NCBI GenBank assembly: GCA_000708835.1
Contig: DF237016.1
Span: forward strand, 1-64,000
Direction of reading: 5' to 3'
From: Klebsormidium nitens
Taxonomy: Eukaryota; Plantae; Klebsormidiophyceae
Length of the DNA: 64,000 bases
Shown one piece after another: positions 62,028-64,000 of the stretch (positions are counted from its first letter, which is position 1; the number at the start of each line of letters is the position of its first letter). Made by a program: the position numbers and the translations under genes. Below the pieces are notes generated by a model that was not told the DNA's origin, ran no database searches, and saw only the letters and a program-made list of their open reading frames with translations.

Positions 62028-62722
62028 GAACATCTTCCCCTCCGCCAGAATACAGATGTAAAGCAGAGAGAAGCACCCAAGCCCTTGCATAGTCCTAGCT
62101 CCAGTCCTAGAAAAGCCCCCACATTCACGTTGAACTTCAGCGCTGCTTACTTCCCTGTATAGCCGCAGATGCCAGGACCTCCACGCTCAGCTTCTCCCGC
62201 CAGTCTGCAAGCGGCAAACTAGAAAGCGTGCGCTTAGAATTGGTCTCTGTCTCCTTCTTCAATCGTCCCCTTGGAATCAGAGACGTGAGTGTGACGGTCG
62301 CTTCCAACAAAAAGGAAAAGAGCAAGCTGATCTTCACGAAAACAGAGCTAGACGTTTCAGTAAGGGGGGTAATGAGGACGTTTTCGGTTGCAAAGGCTGA
62401 GTCATCAGAGGTGTTGAGTACTGCAGCGTGTTTGCCCGGAACATCGAACCGGGGTAGTGAGTCGAAGCACCCGGCCCTATTGGATAGATTGAGAGGAGCG
62501 CTGAGGCAGGCCGCCTGGTACTCGGTCAGTCCATCAGCCTACCAAGGCTTGCATCCAGAGGCCAAAGGCGGCCATGAGAAGGAGGACAGGCATACGTTGG
62601 CTGAAGACGGCAACGCGGAAGTAAGGCTTTTCTTCGCCACGACGGGTTCCACCTCCTACATCTGTCTTGAGCTCCGGGTTCGTGCAACCCCTCTCGATCA
62701 TGTTCGCTACGGATCATTCTAG
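62028..62722 (+). CDS. Putative 3' exons of an uncharacterised protein
   Basis: A 30-nt exon 62028-62057 (TGCAG|..|GTAAAG) is phase-compatible with an exon starting at 62163 (CTGTATAG|) that is open for ~185 codons to TAG at 62722. No family recognised; upstream exons unresolved. Confidence 0.35.
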
Positions 62723-64000
62723 AATACTCAACTCGACAACTCTTTGCTGTAGTGAGATGTGCAGCAAACCTCGGAGGTGGGCTTCTAACCGTCGATCAAT
62801 TTTGCGTCTTTTGTCAGGATTCTTTGCTTCAGAAGTGGGGAAGTACGTGGTGGGGTGAATCCTTTGGACAAATAAACACCAAGGAGGAGACGCACCTTTG
62901 AATCGAGCTAGGGCTTATAGATTGTGAGCCCGCATTAGGATTGCGAGTATGTCGATCGTACACAGCTCAATCATAAGGGGCAACCAAGACAACTTGTGGG
63001 AATTCATGCTAGCTATAGGAAATCGACGAGCATGACGCTCTTGTAAGGTCCATGGCATAGAGAGTAGCTAGGGTGTTAATGATATAGATTGTACAGCATG
63101 CTGATAACGAAGGCTATGTACATTGGGTTGGGTACGGTAACGCTGACGACACGGTGGTTTGCAGCCCATGGGCAGTCTGGCAGATTGGCAGACCTGCAGC
63201 GGTAAGGGAGATTGAAGTTGGGCCGTATGTGCCCGCCATAGAGACCGCGTTGACTTGCAGTAGATAATATATATTGGCTAGATTCCAAGAGCCTGGTACG
63301 TTAAAGCACGTCACTACTTTATAGGTGGAACTGAGGTTGTCAGGAAGGAGGTGTTCGGTCGCGATCTTCAATTTCAATTTTGATCTAGCTCGCGACTGCA
63401 GTGCATCTCAATCATCAGCGGAAGCTAGCCATGTAAAGCATCGCGATGACGTACCTAGCCTGAGATGGATCGACTAGCATGTACGAATATATCCGGCCGA
63501 TAGTCGGAAAGAAAGCGTGTATATATTATTCAGAACATGAACAACTCGAGAATGCATTGCAGCCGACTTTTTCCCGCCTATAGCTGTATGGTTTCAACCG
63601 ATCCAAGAAAGGACATTTAAGGAAGCCACGCGGATCAAAAAATGAGCTTGAGAGTCAACTGTTCACTGCCAACCCACCGGCGCATGGATGATCTCAAGTG
63701 ACTGGCCCGTGCCCCACCAGCTACTCCTACAAGCGAATCTGAGTATCTCTCTTCAAAATTGCAGTTTCTGTACAATCGCTGCGTCTACGAGGCCTTGTTC
63801 CGTCAAAAACCTCGTCTACAAGCGGCCATATGCACAGTAGTTTGACGCATAACAAGTAACAATCAGGGCAAAATCTCTCAAAAAAACGCCGTCTCAGGTT
63901 TTGATCTCTCAAGAAACGGCCGGAAGTTTTGTTGAACCCCTCGAACAATGCAACAAGCTGTAACCTAAGGAGCAATGTTTTATGGAAACTCTAATACGTC

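Noticed and set aside
63114-63377. Minus-strand ORF with YLLQVNAVSMAGTYGPTS, loosely like the end of a fibronectin type III domain
   Set aside because: Short, no ATG start, no convincing splice partners, and no upstream conserved Trp strand.
1-64000. Prokaryotic systems (operons, CRISPR, defence islands) or autonomous transposase/reverse-transcriptase genes
   Set aside because: All supported genes are spliceosomal-intron eukaryotic genes or an F-box-like ORF; I saw no repeat-spacer array and no DDE, RT or integrase motifs in the ORF track.

Overview
This is eukaryotic, intron-rich, gene-dense nuclear DNA with GC-rich exons and GT(GC)..(T/G)CAG introns. The plant-type gene families and compact layout suggest a streptophyte alga such as Klebsormidium (inference only). 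I spliced eight genes by hand: plastid histidinol-phosphate phosphatase HISN7/IMPL2 (-), SmD2 (+), a SET1/ATXR7-type H3K4 methyltransferase (-), PEX14 (+), a MORC GHKL ATPase (+), ORC4 (-), a CCHC-zinc-knuckle/KH RNA-binding protein (+) and a tandem uridine-kinase/CYTH (TTM-like) tail-anchored protein (+). There is also an apparently intronless F-box-like gene (-) and weakly supported unknown coding sequence near 61-62.7 kb. Eight genes form four head-to-head pairs. I found no rRNA, tRNA, CRISPR array, operon or autonomous transposon. The most notable observations are a ~330-aa N-terminal extension on ORC4, a ~290-bp MITE in the HISN7/SmD2 shared promoter, an internally duplicated kinase-CYTH gene whose halves share four intron positions, a start codon split by an intron (AT|G), two GC-AG introns, and CATG- or palindrome-rich spacers. 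I cannot claim a clearly new biological system. Family assignments come from recalled motifs, not database searches.
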